The notes: generated from the letters alone by a model not told the origin. Positions 34,765-48,899 are shown, numbered from the whole stretch's first letter. The stretch: 63,998 bases of DNA, filler included, from an uncultured bacterium (GCA_964637655.1; 8 parts of 8 records of this genome joined end to end with filler, not necessarily neighbours in it); one strand, 5' to 3'. Program-made: numbers and translations.

Positions 34765-36714
34765 ATGACCATCGCACGACTGCTTGACGACAGTGCCTAC
34801 CGTTCCATCATTGGGACTTCGCGGGATGGGTTCCTGCTGATCGAAAACTCAGGGAAAATTGTCGATGCCAACGCCGCCTGCTGTGCGTTATTCGGGAGCA
34901 GGCGCGAGGAGATGTTGTGCCAGTCGGTGACAGACCTTGGCCTGCCGGCGCTGCTCGATCGCATGCGGCTGGGCGGCGACGAGGGTTTTGACCTGGCCGT
35001 TTCCGGCTGTGCCAACGACGGGACAGCGCTCGACTTGGAAATCAGTGCGAGGGCGCTGCCAGGCAATGGTCAGTGTTGGGCCTGCTTTATCCGGAACGTC
35101 ACCGATCTCAGGCGTCATGAACGTGAGACGCGCAGGCTGCGCGACGAACTGTCCGCTGTCGCGGAGAGGCACATCCACCTGCTGGAAGTGAGCAATGACC
35201 TGATATGGGAAATCGATACGCACGGGGTGTATACCTATGTTGGGCCCCAGAGCCGTGAGGTTATTGGTTATGAGCCGGCGGAAATCATCGGCCGGAGTGC
35301 ATTTGAACTGATGCCGCCTGACGAGGCATGCCGGGTTCGCCAGATATTCGAAGTAATTGTCAGGGAACGGAAGCCGGTTCGGATGTTGGAAAACACCATG
35401 GTGCACAAGGATGGGCACCATGTAATCATGGAGACCAATGGCGTGCCGCTGCTCGCGGAGGACGGGACACTGCTGGGGTATCGGGGAATGGACCGCGACA
35501 TCACCTCGCGCAAGATGCTGGAAGAGCAATTGATCGCGTCGGCGCGTCAGGCGGCGGTGGGGAAACTGGCGGCCGGGATAGCCCATGAATTCAACAATGT
35601 GCTCGCGTCAATCGGGGTGAACGCCCAGATTATCGAGATGCAGGAAGAAGAGCTGGCTGAACGCATCCGGCCGCACCTCGACCCGATTCTGCATGGGGTG
35701 AAGCGCGGCAAGAAAATCGTTTCAGACATGATGGGCTTCGCCCGGCCCAAGCGACCGGTCAAGGAACGGTTCCTTATCCGTGATGTCATACGGGCTGTGC
35801 TGGCCATGCAGGGGCAGTTCCTGAAGGTTGAGAATATCACCGTCAGCGAGCAATACGCCGGGGTCGCTGAAGTAGTTGCCGACCGCGGCCAGTTGGAACA
35901 GGTGTTCCTGAACCTTGTAATCAACGCCCGGCACGCAATAAAGCCCAAGGGCGGTGGCACTATCACTGTGAGCATTGCTACCGCCCGTTATGACGACAAG
36001 GAAATGCTCAAGGTTGAGGTTGCGGATGACGGGATCGGTATGCATGCCGAGGTGCAAGAGCAGATCTTTACACCGTTTTATACCACCAAAGGCGGGTATT
36101 CGTCGTCGTCAACGACACTCAAGGGGAGCGGATTGGGGCTTGCCGTGACCAACGAAATCGTCAGGATGCATGGCGGCACCATCAGCGTCACCAGCGAAGT
36201 GGGCACCGGCACAACGTTCATGCTGTTGCTTCCGCTGGGCGATGCGGCCGTGATTTCCGATACCATTCCGGCGCCGCCGACACGGACGAAGGAACAGCAT
36301 GATGTAGCCGGGATGCGTGTCCTGGTGGCAGATGATGAGGAAAGCATCCGCGACTCAATGCGGGCGTTGCTGAGCGCGCGCGGCTGTCTGGTGACCGTTG
36401 CGCACGATGGGGCTGCTGCCCTGTCGGCATTTCGTGATGCCGGGGGCGAGTTCGACGCGATTGTCGTCGACCATATGATGCCGAAACTTTCAGGTGATCA
36501 GGTTATTCGTGGCATACGGGAGATGCGAGTGCCGGTGCCGATCATCATGGCTACCGGCAGGATAGATGAGCAGACCGACGAGTCGATCTGTCGGGAAGTG
36601 CACAAAGTGCTGCAGAAGCCGTTCGACGTGACAGAAATGATTGCCACGCTTGCTGACATAAAACGCTATAATCTGGAAAAGGCGAACAGCGACAAAAACC
36701 AGCCAAATAATTGA
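34765..36714 (+). CDS. Hybrid sensor histidine kinase (PAS-PAS-HisKA-HATPase-REC)
   Basis: GIAHEFNN H-box, QVFLNLVINA, DDGIGM, PFYTTK, GLGL, C-terminal VADDE receiver. Confidence 0.95.
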   Translation: MTIARLLDDSAYRSIIGTSRDGFLLIENSGKIVDANAACCALFGSRREEMLCQSVTDLGLPALLDRMRLGGDEGFDLAVSGCANDGTALDLEISARALPGNGQCWACFIRNVTDLRRHERETRRLRDELSAVAERHIHLLEVSNDLIWEIDTHGVYTYVGPQSREVIGYEPAEIIGRSAFELMPPDEACRVRQIFEVIVRERKPVRMLENTMVHKDGHHVIMETNGVPLLAEDGTLLGYRGMDRDITSRKMLEEQLIASARQAAVGKLAAGIAHEFNNVLASIGVNAQIIEMQEEELAERIRPHLDPILHGVKRGKKIVSDMMGFARPKRPVKERFLIRDVIRAVLAMQGQFLKVENITVSEQYAGVAEVVADRGQLEQVFLNLVINARHAIKPKGGGTITVSIATARYDDKEMLKVEVADDGIGMHAEVQEQIFTPFYTTKGGYSSSSTTLKGSGLGLAVTNEIVRMHGGTISVTSEVGTGTTFMLLLPLGDAAVISDTIPAPPTRTKEQHDVAGMRVLVADDEESIRDSMRALLSARGCLVTVAHDGAAALSAFRDAGGEFDAIVVDHMMPKLSGDQVIRGIREMRVPVPIIMATGRIDEQTDESICREVHKVLQKPFDVTEMIATLADIKRYNLEKANSDKNQPNN

Positions 36715-36739
36715 CCATCGCGCCTGATCATAGTAGTAT
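36711..36739 (+). promoter_or_regulatory. Sigma70-type promoter of the HTH gene
   Basis: TTGACC-17 bp-TAGTAT. Confidence 0.55.
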
Positions 36740-36775
36740 GGCCCCAGTGAATCTCGGCACTTGGAGGCCATCATC

Positions 36776-37225
36776 ATGGGAAATATCGAACAGACAATAC
36801 GCATGGAAATCGTCCGCCTGGCGAAGCGCGAGGCGCGCAAACTGACGGAGCCGCTGCGGGGTGAGGTCAAGCGCCTCAAGAAGCGCACGGTAGAGCAGAA
36901 GGCGCAGCTCAGCGCGCTTGAGCGGAAACTTGATGGGATGCAGGCCGGTGCCCGCCTGAAGGAAAAGACTGCACAGGCCGCGTCCGGCGAGGTCAAGGGT
37001 CGGCTATCTCCCCGGCTGATCAAGGCGCTGCGCAAGCGCCTGAAACTGTCCCAGCAGCAGTTTGCCGGGCTACTCGGGGTGAGTGCCATCACCATCGGCA
37101 ACTGGGAAAAGGGGAAAAGCGCCCCGCGGCCGGAACTCAAGGCCAAGGTGCTCTCCCTGCGGGGCATGGGGCGGCGCGAGGCGAAACTGCTCGTGGCGGG
37201 TCCCGGGGGCAAGGCCTTGAAATAG
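36776..37225 (+). CDS. XRE-family HTH protein with N-terminal coiled coil
   Basis: IKALRKRLKLSQQQFAGLLGVSAITIGNWEKGKSAP, with GGAGG RBS. Confidence 0.9.
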   Translation: MGNIEQTIRMEIVRLAKREARKLTEPLRGEVKRLKKRTVEQKAQLSALERKLDGMQAGARLKEKTAQAASGEVKGRLSPRLIKALRKRLKLSQQQFAGLLGVSAITIGNWEKGKSAPRPELKAKVLSLRGMGRREAKLLVAGPGGKALK

Positions 37226-37358
37226 CTGAGATTTTGCAACGCGGCCGGAAAAACGAGTGTATATTCTCCTGCAGGGGATGCGGTGTGTTCGTGACGGCAA
37301 CGAGCACAGTGATGCAGTAGCGTTAGGCTATGTTTGAGATTGATAGAGGGAGGTTATT

Positions 37359-37847
37359 ATGGACATAGGAAGTATTACTGCTGCAGCTAATAGTATGAAG
37401 GCAATCGCCGATATTGCCGCAGGGTTGATAAATCTCAAAACGATGGCTGAAGTTCAAGCGAAGGCTATAGAACTGAATCAAATGATTATTGCCGCACAAC
37501 AGGATCTTTTTACAGCGTATGCTGCTCAATCGATGCTTTCCCAGAAAGTGAACGAACTTGAAGCGCAAATAGCTAAGATGAAAACATGGGAGGAACAGAA
37601 AAAGTGCTACAAGCTTACTAATCCCTGGGAAGGTAGTCCAGCCATGGTCTATTCTTTGAGAGAAACGTGCAAAGGATCAGAAGCTGCTCACTGGATATGC
37701 ACAAAGTGCTACGACGATGGCCGGCGTTCAATCCTGCAGCCACAAGAAGATCAGAGGGGCTTGATAATTCTCGTCTGCCCGGCTTGTAAAGCTGAAATGC
37801 ATACAGGTTATCGTGGTATAGCAGCAGCTGAATATGCGTCTGACTGA
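37359..37847 (+). CDS. Hypothetical coiled-coil protein with C-terminal CxxC...CxxC zinc ribbon
   Basis: GGAGG RBS, AT-richer than the host, HWICTKC...CPAC. Confidence 0.75.
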   Translation: MDIGSITAAANSMKAIADIAAGLINLKTMAEVQAKAIELNQMIIAAQQDLFTAYAAQSMLSQKVNELEAQIAKMKTWEEQKKCYKLTNPWEGSPAMVYSLRETCKGSEAAHWICTKCYDDGRRSILQPQEDQRGLIILVCPACKAEMHTGYRGIAAAEYASD

Positions 37848-37928
37848 TTCATATAATAAGCAGTGCACTGACGTTCGAGATTTGATGAGTATTTGTTTCT
37901 GATGTAGAGAGGAGCGTGGCGAACGAGT

Positions 37929-40010
37929 ATGTCCGCAGCGCAATTACAAAACCTGTCGCAGTTCGAATCGGGTCTCTGGGAGGCCGCCGACCAGCTGCGC
38001 GCCAACTCGAAGCTGACATCAAGCGAATACTGCATGCCGGTGCTGGGTATTATCTTCCTGCGGCACGCGACGAACCGGTATTCCGCGGTGATAGAACAGA
38101 TCAAGACCGAGCAGGCGGCGGGCAAGATGGCTAAGCGCGCGCCGGTGAAGGCGGACTTCCTCAAACGGCGGGCGCTGATGCTACCGAAGAGCGCGCGCTA
38201 CGACGAGCTGCTCAAGCTGCCGAAGGGCTCAAATCTGGGGGCCGCACTTGTCGAGGCGATGAACGCCATAGAGCGCGACTTCGAGCCACTGCTCAACCAG
38301 TTGCCCAAGGACTACGACAAGTTCGAGAATAACCTGCTGGAAGACATCCTGCGCATATTCGACAGCGAGGCGTTGCGCACCGCCAGTGGCGATATATTCG
38401 GGCGCATCTACGAATATTTCTTGATGAAGTTCGCAATGCAGGGCGCGCAGGACAACGGTGAGTTCTTTACCCCACCGTCCCTGGTGCAGACCATCGTAAA
38501 TGTCATCGAGCCGGACCACGGCGTCGTTTTCGACCCCGCGTGCGGCTCGGGCGGGATGTTCGTCCAGTCCAGCCACTTTATCGAGCGCCTGGGCCGGGAC
38601 ACCGCCCACCGCGTCACTTTCTTCGGCCAGGAGAAAACCGCCACCACCATTCGCTTGGCCAAGATGAACCTCGCGGTGCATGGCCTCGAAGGCGACATTC
38701 GCGAGGCCAATACCTTCTACGAGGACGTCCATACTCTGTTCGGGAAATGCGATTTCGTCATGGCGAATCCACCATTCAACGTTGATATGGTGGACGCGGA
38801 TAAGATCAAGGACGATCGCCGGCTGCCCTTCGGTCTACCGGGCGTAAACAAGACAAAGAAGGTCTCGAACGGTAATTACCTCTGGATTTCCTATTTCGAC
38901 AGCTACCTCGGGCCGAAGGGGCGTGCCGGGTTCGTGATGTCATCGCAGGCGTCGAGCGCCGGTCACGGCGAGGCCGAAGTGCGCCGCAAGCTGGTTGAGA
39001 CAGGCGATGTGGACGTGATGATCGCTATCCGCTCGAATTTCTTCTATACGCGGACGGTTCCATGTGAGTTGTGGCACCTCGACAAGGGCAAGCCCAAAGA
39101 GCGCAAAGACCAGGTGCTGATGATTGACGCGCGGAATATCTACCGCAAGGTCAACCGCAAGATATACGATTTCACGCCGGAACAGCAGCAGAACCTTACC
39201 GCTATCGTCTGGCTCTATCGCGGCCAAGCCGACCGGTTCACCGGGTTGGTGCAGAACTATATCGAACACACTCTGGCAGGAGCGGCGGCGATTGCTGGTG
39301 CCGCCGAGCCGTATTTCGCCGGATATGACGCACTCGTTGCTGCGGCAGCGCCGTTCTTGAAGACACTGGCCAAGGACTCACCGCTATGCGAGATGGTGAA
39401 GGAACGCGACGTGGCGACAAAGGCATGCCGGCAGTCAATGGACAAGCTGACCACGCGCATAGCCAAGGATTGGAAGAAACCATGCGCGGCAAAATGCGCT
39501 GCACAGAATAAGATGGTTACGGAGTTGGAAGAGCTAACCACGGCCTGTCGCGATTTGGTTAAGGATATTGACCTCGTGAGCAAACTTGCGCTGCGCGTGG
39601 TGGATAGCGCGGAGAAAGACACCGGGGCGCGCGGGAACACCGCTTGGGATAACCGTGCCATTGGTCGGCTGGTAAAAGAACTCGACGAACAACGCAAGGA
39701 AGTTGTTGAACAACTCAAACAGACCGCGTATTTTCAGCGGCAGGCGCATTGGCTGCTGTCCCGCTTCTCCGATGCGAAGTTCGCGCCCGTGCCAGGTCTG
39801 TGCCGTATCGTTACTCGCGCTGATATACAAGCCGCAGACTGGTCGCTTACGCCCGGTCGATATGTAGGGGTCGCACCGCCGGAAGTGGATGAGGATTTTG
39901 ATTTCGAGCAGACCCTGAGCGACATTCATGCCGAATTGGCCGATATGAACACCGAGGCCATCACCCTGGCGAAACGTATCCAGAAAAACTTCGAGGAATT
40001 GGGTATATGA
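37929..40010 (+). CDS. hsdM: Type I restriction-modification methyltransferase subunit
   Basis: LWEAADQLRANS, GEFFTP, FDPACGSGGMF, NPPF, SLTPGRYVG. Confidence 0.95.
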   Translation: MSAAQLQNLSQFESGLWEAADQLRANSKLTSSEYCMPVLGIIFLRHATNRYSAVIEQIKTEQAAGKMAKRAPVKADFLKRRALMLPKSARYDELLKLPKGSNLGAALVEAMNAIERDFEPLLNQLPKDYDKFENNLLEDILRIFDSEALRTASGDIFGRIYEYFLMKFAMQGAQDNGEFFTPPSLVQTIVNVIEPDHGVVFDPACGSGGMFVQSSHFIERLGRDTAHRVTFFGQEKTATTIRLAKMNLAVHGLEGDIREANTFYEDVHTLFGKCDFVMANPPFNVDMVDADKIKDDRRLPFGLPGVNKTKKVSNGNYLWISYFDSYLGPKGRAGFVMSSQASSAGHGEAEVRRKLVETGDVDVMIAIRSNFFYTRTVPCELWHLDKGKPKERKDQVLMIDARNIYRKVNRKIYDFTPEQQQNLTAIVWLYRGQADRFTGLVQNYIEHTLAGAAAIAGAAEPYFAGYDALVAAAAPFLKTLAKDSPLCEMVKERDVATKACRQSMDKLTTRIAKDWKKPCAAKCAAQNKMVTELEELTTACRDLVKDIDLVSKLALRVVDSAEKDTGARGNTAWDNRAIGRLVKELDEQRKEVVEQLKQTAYFQRQAHWLLSRFSDAKFAPVPGLCRIVTRADIQAADWSLTPGRYVGVAPPEVDEDFDFEQTLSDIHAELADMNTEAITLAKRIQKNFEELGI

Positions 40011-40064
40011 CGGATCTGTGCTGCTGTTTGAACCCCATAGCAACGCGATGCTCAGGATACTGAA

Positions 40065-41267
40065 TTGGGAATGATAACGAATACCACTACGCTCGACTCG
40101 GTATGCCAGTGTATTGTCGATTGTCTCCATGGCACGGCGCCGGTAACTGATGAGGGCTATCCTCTGATTAGAACACCCAATATCGGGAAAGGTCGATTCG
40201 ACTTCACAGATGTGTATCGTGTGACACAGGAAACCTACGATAGATGGACTTCTCGTGCTGTGCCGCAAGACGGAGATTTGATATTCGCGCGCGAGGCACC
40301 GGCTGGCAACGTCGCCATTGTAAAAAATGATGAAAAAGTATGCCTCGGGCAGCGAACAGTTCTGATACGACCTGATTCGACAAAGGTCGATCCTGATTTT
40401 CTTTGCTATTATTTACTTGCTCCTCGACAGCAAGCAGCACTATTAAGCACTGCCACTGGTGTTACTGCGCCACACGTCAATATGAAAGATATTCGCCAAC
40501 TAATTCTTACTGATTTGCCGGATATTAAAGTTCAACGACATATCGGAGCACTTCTCGCGACTTACGATGACCTACTGGAGAATAATCGGCGGCGGATGGT
40601 GCTGCTGGAAGATGCGGCGCGCCTGCTGTATCAGGAATGGTTCGTTCGCCTGCGATTTCCCGGCCACGAGCATGTCAAGATCGTCAAAGGTGTTCCCGAA
40701 GGTTGGATGAGAAAGGCGCTGGGCGATATTTGCGTAGAGATTCGTGAGTCCGTGCTGCCTAGTGAACTTGAACCGGATACGCCTTACATCGGACTTGAAC
40801 ATTTGCCACGACGCTCCATTTCGTTAACCGAGTGGGCAACGGCAGAAACAGTAACCAGCACCAAACATCGATATATTTCTGGTGACATATTGTTCGGAAA
40901 AATTCGACCATATTTTCACAAGGTTGGGATGGCGTTCACCGATGGAGTTGCTTCATCTGACGCAATTATTATCCGGCCAGACTCCAACGAATTTCGAGAA
41001 CTGGTTCTGATGACCGTATCAAGTGATCGTTTCGTAGCCGAAGCATCGCAAACCATGCGCGAGGGCTCAAAGATGCCTCGGGCCGATTGGAAACTGATGG
41101 TCAAATATCCCGTTGCAATTCCGCCCAAGGGACTTTTGACTGGATTTTCTGAGACGATTAGTGCGATAACTGACCAATTGAAAGTGCTGGGATTTCAGAA
41201 TCGAAAACTCAAAGCCGCACGCGACCTGCTGCTGCCGCGGCTGATGAGCGGCGAAATGGCCGTGTGA
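40065..41267 (+). CDS. hsdS: Type I restriction-modification specificity subunit
   Basis: Two TRDs separated by YDDLLENNRRRMVLLEDAARLLYQEWFVRLRFPG, ending ARDLLLPRLMSGE. Confidence 0.95.
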   Translation: MGMITNTTTLDSVCQCIVDCLHGTAPVTDEGYPLIRTPNIGKGRFDFTDVYRVTQETYDRWTSRAVPQDGDLIFAREAPAGNVAIVKNDEKVCLGQRTVLIRPDSTKVDPDFLCYYLLAPRQQAALLSTATGVTAPHVNMKDIRQLILTDLPDIKVQRHIGALLATYDDLLENNRRRMVLLEDAARLLYQEWFVRLRFPGHEHVKIVKGVPEGWMRKALGDICVEIRESVLPSELEPDTPYIGLEHLPRRSISLTEWATAETVTSTKHRYISGDILFGKIRPYFHKVGMAFTDGVASSDAIIIRPDSNEFRELVLMTVSSDRFVAEASQTMREGSKMPRADWKLMVKYPVAIPPKGLLTGFSETISAITDQLKVLGFQNRKLKAARDLLLPRLMSGEMAV

Positions 41268-41351
41268 CGAAGATTGATACCGTGAATGGCATGCCCGCGT
41301 ATGACGGTCGTGGTATAATGCGCAACAGGTGATCTAAGGAGCAATAGCTGG

Positions 41352-43034
41352 ATGGAATCAGAAGGGACCGACTTCGACAAAAAGTCATTGCGCGTGCTGA
41401 CGCGGGCAAAGCCGGACTGGGACGCGTTGGCGTGTGATTGTGTCTGCTTTGCCAACGGGCAGGGTGGCCGACTGCTTATTGGTATCGAGGATGATGTTGA
41501 TGTTCCAGCACCTAATCAGAAAGTGTCAAGCGGCCTGGTGGATATTGTAAGCAAGCGTATTCGTGAATTGACGATCAATGTGCAGGTGCTCCCGCGTATC
41601 GTCACCGCGGAAAACGGCGGCCAATTCCTCGAATTGGTTATTGCGCGCGCGCCGGGCGTGGCCTCGACCAGCGATGGCAGATATTTTCTGCGCGTCAGCG
41701 ACACCTGCCAGCCGATTCTCGGCGACGATGTGCTGCGGCTGGCGGATGAGCGACCGGGTTTTTCCTGGGAGTTGAGCACCTCATTGCGGGTATCGCCTGC
41801 GAAAGTCGAGGCGGCAAAACTCAAAGCGCTGGTGGCCGGGATCCGGACGTCTGACCGGGTCAAGGCTTCGGTGAAAGCAAAGACCAATGATGAACTCCTA
41901 CGGCATTACGGGCTCGTTATCGGCGACTATTTGACCAATCTTGGCATTCTCGTTGTTGGCAAGGCGTCAGACCGCGCCCGCTTGGGCACGGCGCCGGTAA
42001 TCCAATTCCTGAAATACGATGAGGTCGGCAATAAGGTCAATAAGATGCAGTGGGACGATTATGAACTCTCCCCGCTTGAAATGCTTGATGCGGTGTGGCG
42101 TGAGGTTCCGGATTTTCGCGAGAGTTACGAACTTCCGGCCGGCATGTTTCGGCGCAGCATGCCGGCTTTCGACGAGAAAGTCATTCGCGAACTGCTGGTG
42201 AATGCGCTGGTGCACCGCCCGTATACCCAGCGCGGCGATATTTTCTTCAACTTACATCCAGAACATCTCGAGGTGGTCAATCCCGGACGATTGCCGCTGG
42301 GAGTGACGCCGCGGAATATTCTGCGCGCCAGCCGGCGGCGCAATGATGGCTTGGCGCGTATATTCCACGATTTGCAACTTATGGAAAAAGAGGGCAGTGG
42401 TTTCGATCTGCTTTACGACCGGCTTTTGTCGTCCGGGCGGCCGGCACCGGTTTTATCGGAAGGCAGGGACCGGGTTTCGGTAACGATACAGCGGCGCATT
42501 ATCCGGCCCGATGTTATTGGTTTACTTGCGCAGGCGGACGGGGAATATCAACTGTCGCAACGGGAGAGAATCACGCTGGGCGTGCTCGCGATTGGCGATG
42601 GCTTGACAGCACGTGAACTGGCCCGGGAATTGGAGGCCGAATCGATAGAAGAAATGCGCTCCTGGATTGGACGCTTACCTGATTTCGGGCTGGTCGGGAC
42701 CAGCGGCAAAACCCGGGGATTGCGCTATTTTGTGGCACCGGAAGTATTGCGCAACACGGGAGTATTGCGACAGACAACGCTCCGGCGCATACCGCAGCAT
42801 CGCTTGCTGGCATTGCTGCATGAGGACCTTTCCCGTTACCCGAATTCTTCTTCATCGGAAATCAACCGCCGAATCGGTGCGGAGATTTCCGCCAAGACAG
42901 TGAAGCGCGCATTGGACGAACTGATAGGCGAAAAAAAGGTGATTTTTGCCGGCCAGAGACGCTGGCGGCGCTATCGGCTTGCCGACCAACCCCTATCGGA
43001 CAAAAAGCCCGATAAAGCCGGAAAAAAACAATGA
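41352..43034 (+). CDS. AlbA_2 (Schlafen-like) + RecG-C/HATPase_c_4 + HTH protein
   Basis: CVCFANGQGGRLLIGIEDD, IRELLVNALVHRPY, NPGRLP, MEKEGSG. An extended -10 TGGTATAAT lies at 41311-41319. Confidence 0.88.
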   Translation: MESEGTDFDKKSLRVLTRAKPDWDALACDCVCFANGQGGRLLIGIEDDVDVPAPNQKVSSGLVDIVSKRIRELTINVQVLPRIVTAENGGQFLELVIARAPGVASTSDGRYFLRVSDTCQPILGDDVLRLADERPGFSWELSTSLRVSPAKVEAAKLKALVAGIRTSDRVKASVKAKTNDELLRHYGLVIGDYLTNLGILVVGKASDRARLGTAPVIQFLKYDEVGNKVNKMQWDDYELSPLEMLDAVWREVPDFRESYELPAGMFRRSMPAFDEKVIRELLVNALVHRPYTQRGDIFFNLHPEHLEVVNPGRLPLGVTPRNILRASRRRNDGLARIFHDLQLMEKEGSGFDLLYDRLLSSGRPAPVLSEGRDRVSVTIQRRIIRPDVIGLLAQADGEYQLSQRERITLGVLAIGDGLTARELARELEAESIEEMRSWIGRLPDFGLVGTSGKTRGLRYFVAPEVLRNTGVLRQTTLRRIPQHRLLALLHEDLSRYPNSSSSEINRRIGAEISAKTVKRALDELIGEKKVIFAGQRRWRRYRLADQPLSDKKPDKAGKKQ

Positions 43035-43230
43035 CAAATGTCCTTTATGGTGTGTATTATACTGGAATAGCGGTAGATACATCTTCTCCCTTATCAGCCA
43101 ATGTCCTTTATACCGGGCTGAAATGTCCNNNNNNNNNNNNNNNNNNNNNNNNNNNNNNNNNNNNNNNNNNNNTTAATTAATTAANNNNNNNNNNNNNNNN
43201 NNNNNNNNNNNNNNNNNNNNNNNNNNNNAT

Positions 43231-45159
43231 CACAATATTACGCCGCCGGAATTCTTCTTCGGGGTCAATCCCGACCTGCAGGCGGCGAATGCCGCGGGGC
43301 GTGCGCACCTTGACGCGCTGTTGCCGCACGCGCGCGCGGTCTGGGCCGACTCGGCGTTCAACCTCGACGAACTGCGCGCCCGCGGAGTGACGCAGGGCAC
43401 GGTCATCCCCTACCTCTGCGACCCGGCGCTGCTCCCCGCCCCCGGAGCGGCAGCGGCGCCGCTGGTGCTGGCGGTCGGGCGCGTGGTCCCCAACAAGGGG
43501 CATGATTTCCTGCTCGCCGCCTTCGCGCAGCTGCGTGCGCTGCTGCCCGCCGCGCGGCTGGCCATCGTCGGCAATGCGCACGGCATGGGGGTGTGGGTCG
43601 CGCGGCTGCAGCGGCTGGCGGCGGAACTCGGGGTGACGGACGCGGTGACCTGGGCGGGGGAATGCAGCGACGATGAACTGCGCGCGCTCTACGCGCGCGC
43701 CCGCGTCCTTGCCGTCACCTCGCGCCATGAAGGGTTCTGCGTGCCGCTGCTCGAGGCGATGGCCGCGGAGGTACCGGTGGTGGCGCGGCGCCAGGGGGCG
43801 GTGGCCGAGACGCTGGGCAACAGCGGCATCATCGTCGAGGAGGACGACCCCGCGGTCTTTGCCGGGGCGCTGCGCGCGTCGCTCACCGACCTTTCGCTGC
43901 GCGAAGCGGTTGTCACGGCGCAGCGGCGGCGGCTGGCGGATTTTGCCCCGGCACGCATCGCTGCGCTGCTGCGGGAGGCGCTGGCTGACGCGCTGGATGC
44001 GACAACACCCTGCTGGGAACCGCCGCGCGCTCCTGTCCCGGCGCGTGTGCGCGCGTCGCGCACGCCGGCCGGCGCGTCCGTGCAGCGCCGCTACGAGCCG
44101 CTGCTGTCGCGCACCCGCACCCGCGCGTCCGGGGCCGCCCCGCCCGACCCGGCCCGCATCATGGTCGTCAACCTCGGCAATTTCGGCGATATAGTGCTTA
44201 CCTCCGCGCTGCTGCGGGCGCTGCGTGCCGACGGGCGCGTGCAGCGGCTTGGCCTGCTCTCCGCCTTCAGCGCGGCTGACCTGCAGCCGCTGCTGCCGCA
44301 GGTGGACGAGTTCCCCACCCTGCGTCTCGCCCCGCTGCAGCCGGGCGCGTCACGCTGGCCGTCGGGACTGCGCGCGGTGCGCGCGGGGAACTGGACCGCC
44401 GCCCTCTCGGCCCGGCCCGATTATGCGCATCATGCCGCCGCGTACCTGACGGGGGCGGCCGCGGTCATCGGCGAGACGGGAGGTCCGCAGGATGCGCTCC
44501 TCACGCATCCGCAGCCCGCGTTCCTCGCCGGGCCGGCGGTCCCCCTGTACGAAGGCGAACGCCTTGCCCGCCTCGCCCTGCCGCTCGGGCTTGCCCTGCC
44601 TGATGCCGCGCCGGTGCTGGCGGTGCCGCCGGCGGACGCGGCGGTGGCAGCGTTTGCGGCGGCCGGCCCGTACACGGTGGTGCATACCGGGGCGGCGACC
44701 GCGAACAAATGCTGGCCGGTAGTGCACTGGCGGGAACTGCTGACACGACTCGGCGCGGCGGGCGAGCGCATCGTCATCAGCGGCGGGCCCGCTGAACGTG
44801 AACTGGCGAAGACACTTGCCGACGGTCTGCCGGGCGTGCAGGCCGCTGCCGGCGAACTGACCTGGCCGCAGACCGCGCTACTCATTGCGGGCGCGGCACG
44901 GTTCATCGGCAGCGACAGCGGGCCGCTGCATCTGGCCGCCGCGTACCGCGTGCCGCTCGCCGCGCTCTTCGGGCCGGGTGACACGCGCCGCTTCGCCCCG
45001 CGCACGCCGGGTGCCCGCATCCTCTCACTGCAGTTGCCGTGCGCCCCCTGCCCGCAGGCGGGCGACCTGGCGGGTCCGCCCTGCCCGGAGAATATCTGCC
45101 TGACCCGGTTGACCCCTGACACGGTTCTGCAGGCGGTGGCTGCACTGCGGCCGGCCTGA
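43231..45159 (+). CDS. Fused GT4 + GT9 (heptosyltransferase-like) glycosyltransferase, 5' partial
   Basis: HNITP..VGRVVPNKG..SRHEGFCVPLLEAM (GT4), then GNFGDIVLTSALLRAL..NKCWP..FIGSDSGPLHLAAA..LFGP (GT9), in one frame. Confidence 0.88.
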   Translation, partial: HNITPPEFFFGVNPDLQAANAAGRAHLDALLPHARAVWADSAFNLDELRARGVTQGTVIPYLCDPALLPAPGAAAAPLVLAVGRVVPNKGHDFLLAAFAQLRALLPAARLAIVGNAHGMGVWVARLQRLAAELGVTDAVTWAGECSDDELRALYARARVLAVTSRHEGFCVPLLEAMAAEVPVVARRQGAVAETLGNSGIIVEEDDPAVFAGALRASLTDLSLREAVVTAQRRRLADFAPARIAALLREALADALDATTPCWEPPRAPVPARVRASRTPAGASVQRRYEPLLSRTRTRASGAAPPDPARIMVVNLGNFGDIVLTSALLRALRADGRVQRLGLLSAFSAADLQPLLPQVDEFPTLRLAPLQPGASRWPSGLRAVRAGNWTAALSARPDYAHHAAAYLTGAAAVIGETGGPQDALLTHPQPAFLAGPAVPLYEGERLARLALPLGLALPDAAPVLAVPPADAAVAAFAAAGPYTVVHTGAATANKCWPVVHWRELLTRLGAAGERIVISGGPAERELAKTLADGLPGVQAAAGELTWPQTALLIAGAARFIGSDSGPLHLAAAYRVPLAALFGPGDTRRFAPRTPGARILSLQLPCAPCPQAGDLAGPPCPENICLTRLTPDTVLQAVAALRPA

Positions 45160-45260
45160 GCGATGGCAGTGCAGTGCATCACCCGCCGGACGGCCGGCGT
45201 ATAACGGGCAGACGGTGCCGGCAGCGCAGCGATATGCTACAGTAGGGGTTACTGTTCTGC

Positions 45261-45344
45261 CACCCTCACCCTTCCCTCTCCCGCCGCCGGCAGGAGAGGG
45301 TGATTGCCTTCCCCCTCTCTGAGGGGGAAGGTTGGATGAGGGTG
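45261..45344. repeat. Nested palindromic REP-like element
   Basis: caccctca/tgagggtg enclosing ccctctcc/ggagaggg and ccttccccctc/gagggggaagg stems. 45319-45348 recurs exactly at 60236-60265. Confidence 0.8.
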
Positions 45345-45365
45345 AATACTTGCCAGTAGGGGCCT

Positions 45366-48895
<3,530 letters not shown>

Positions 48896-48899
<4 letters not shown>

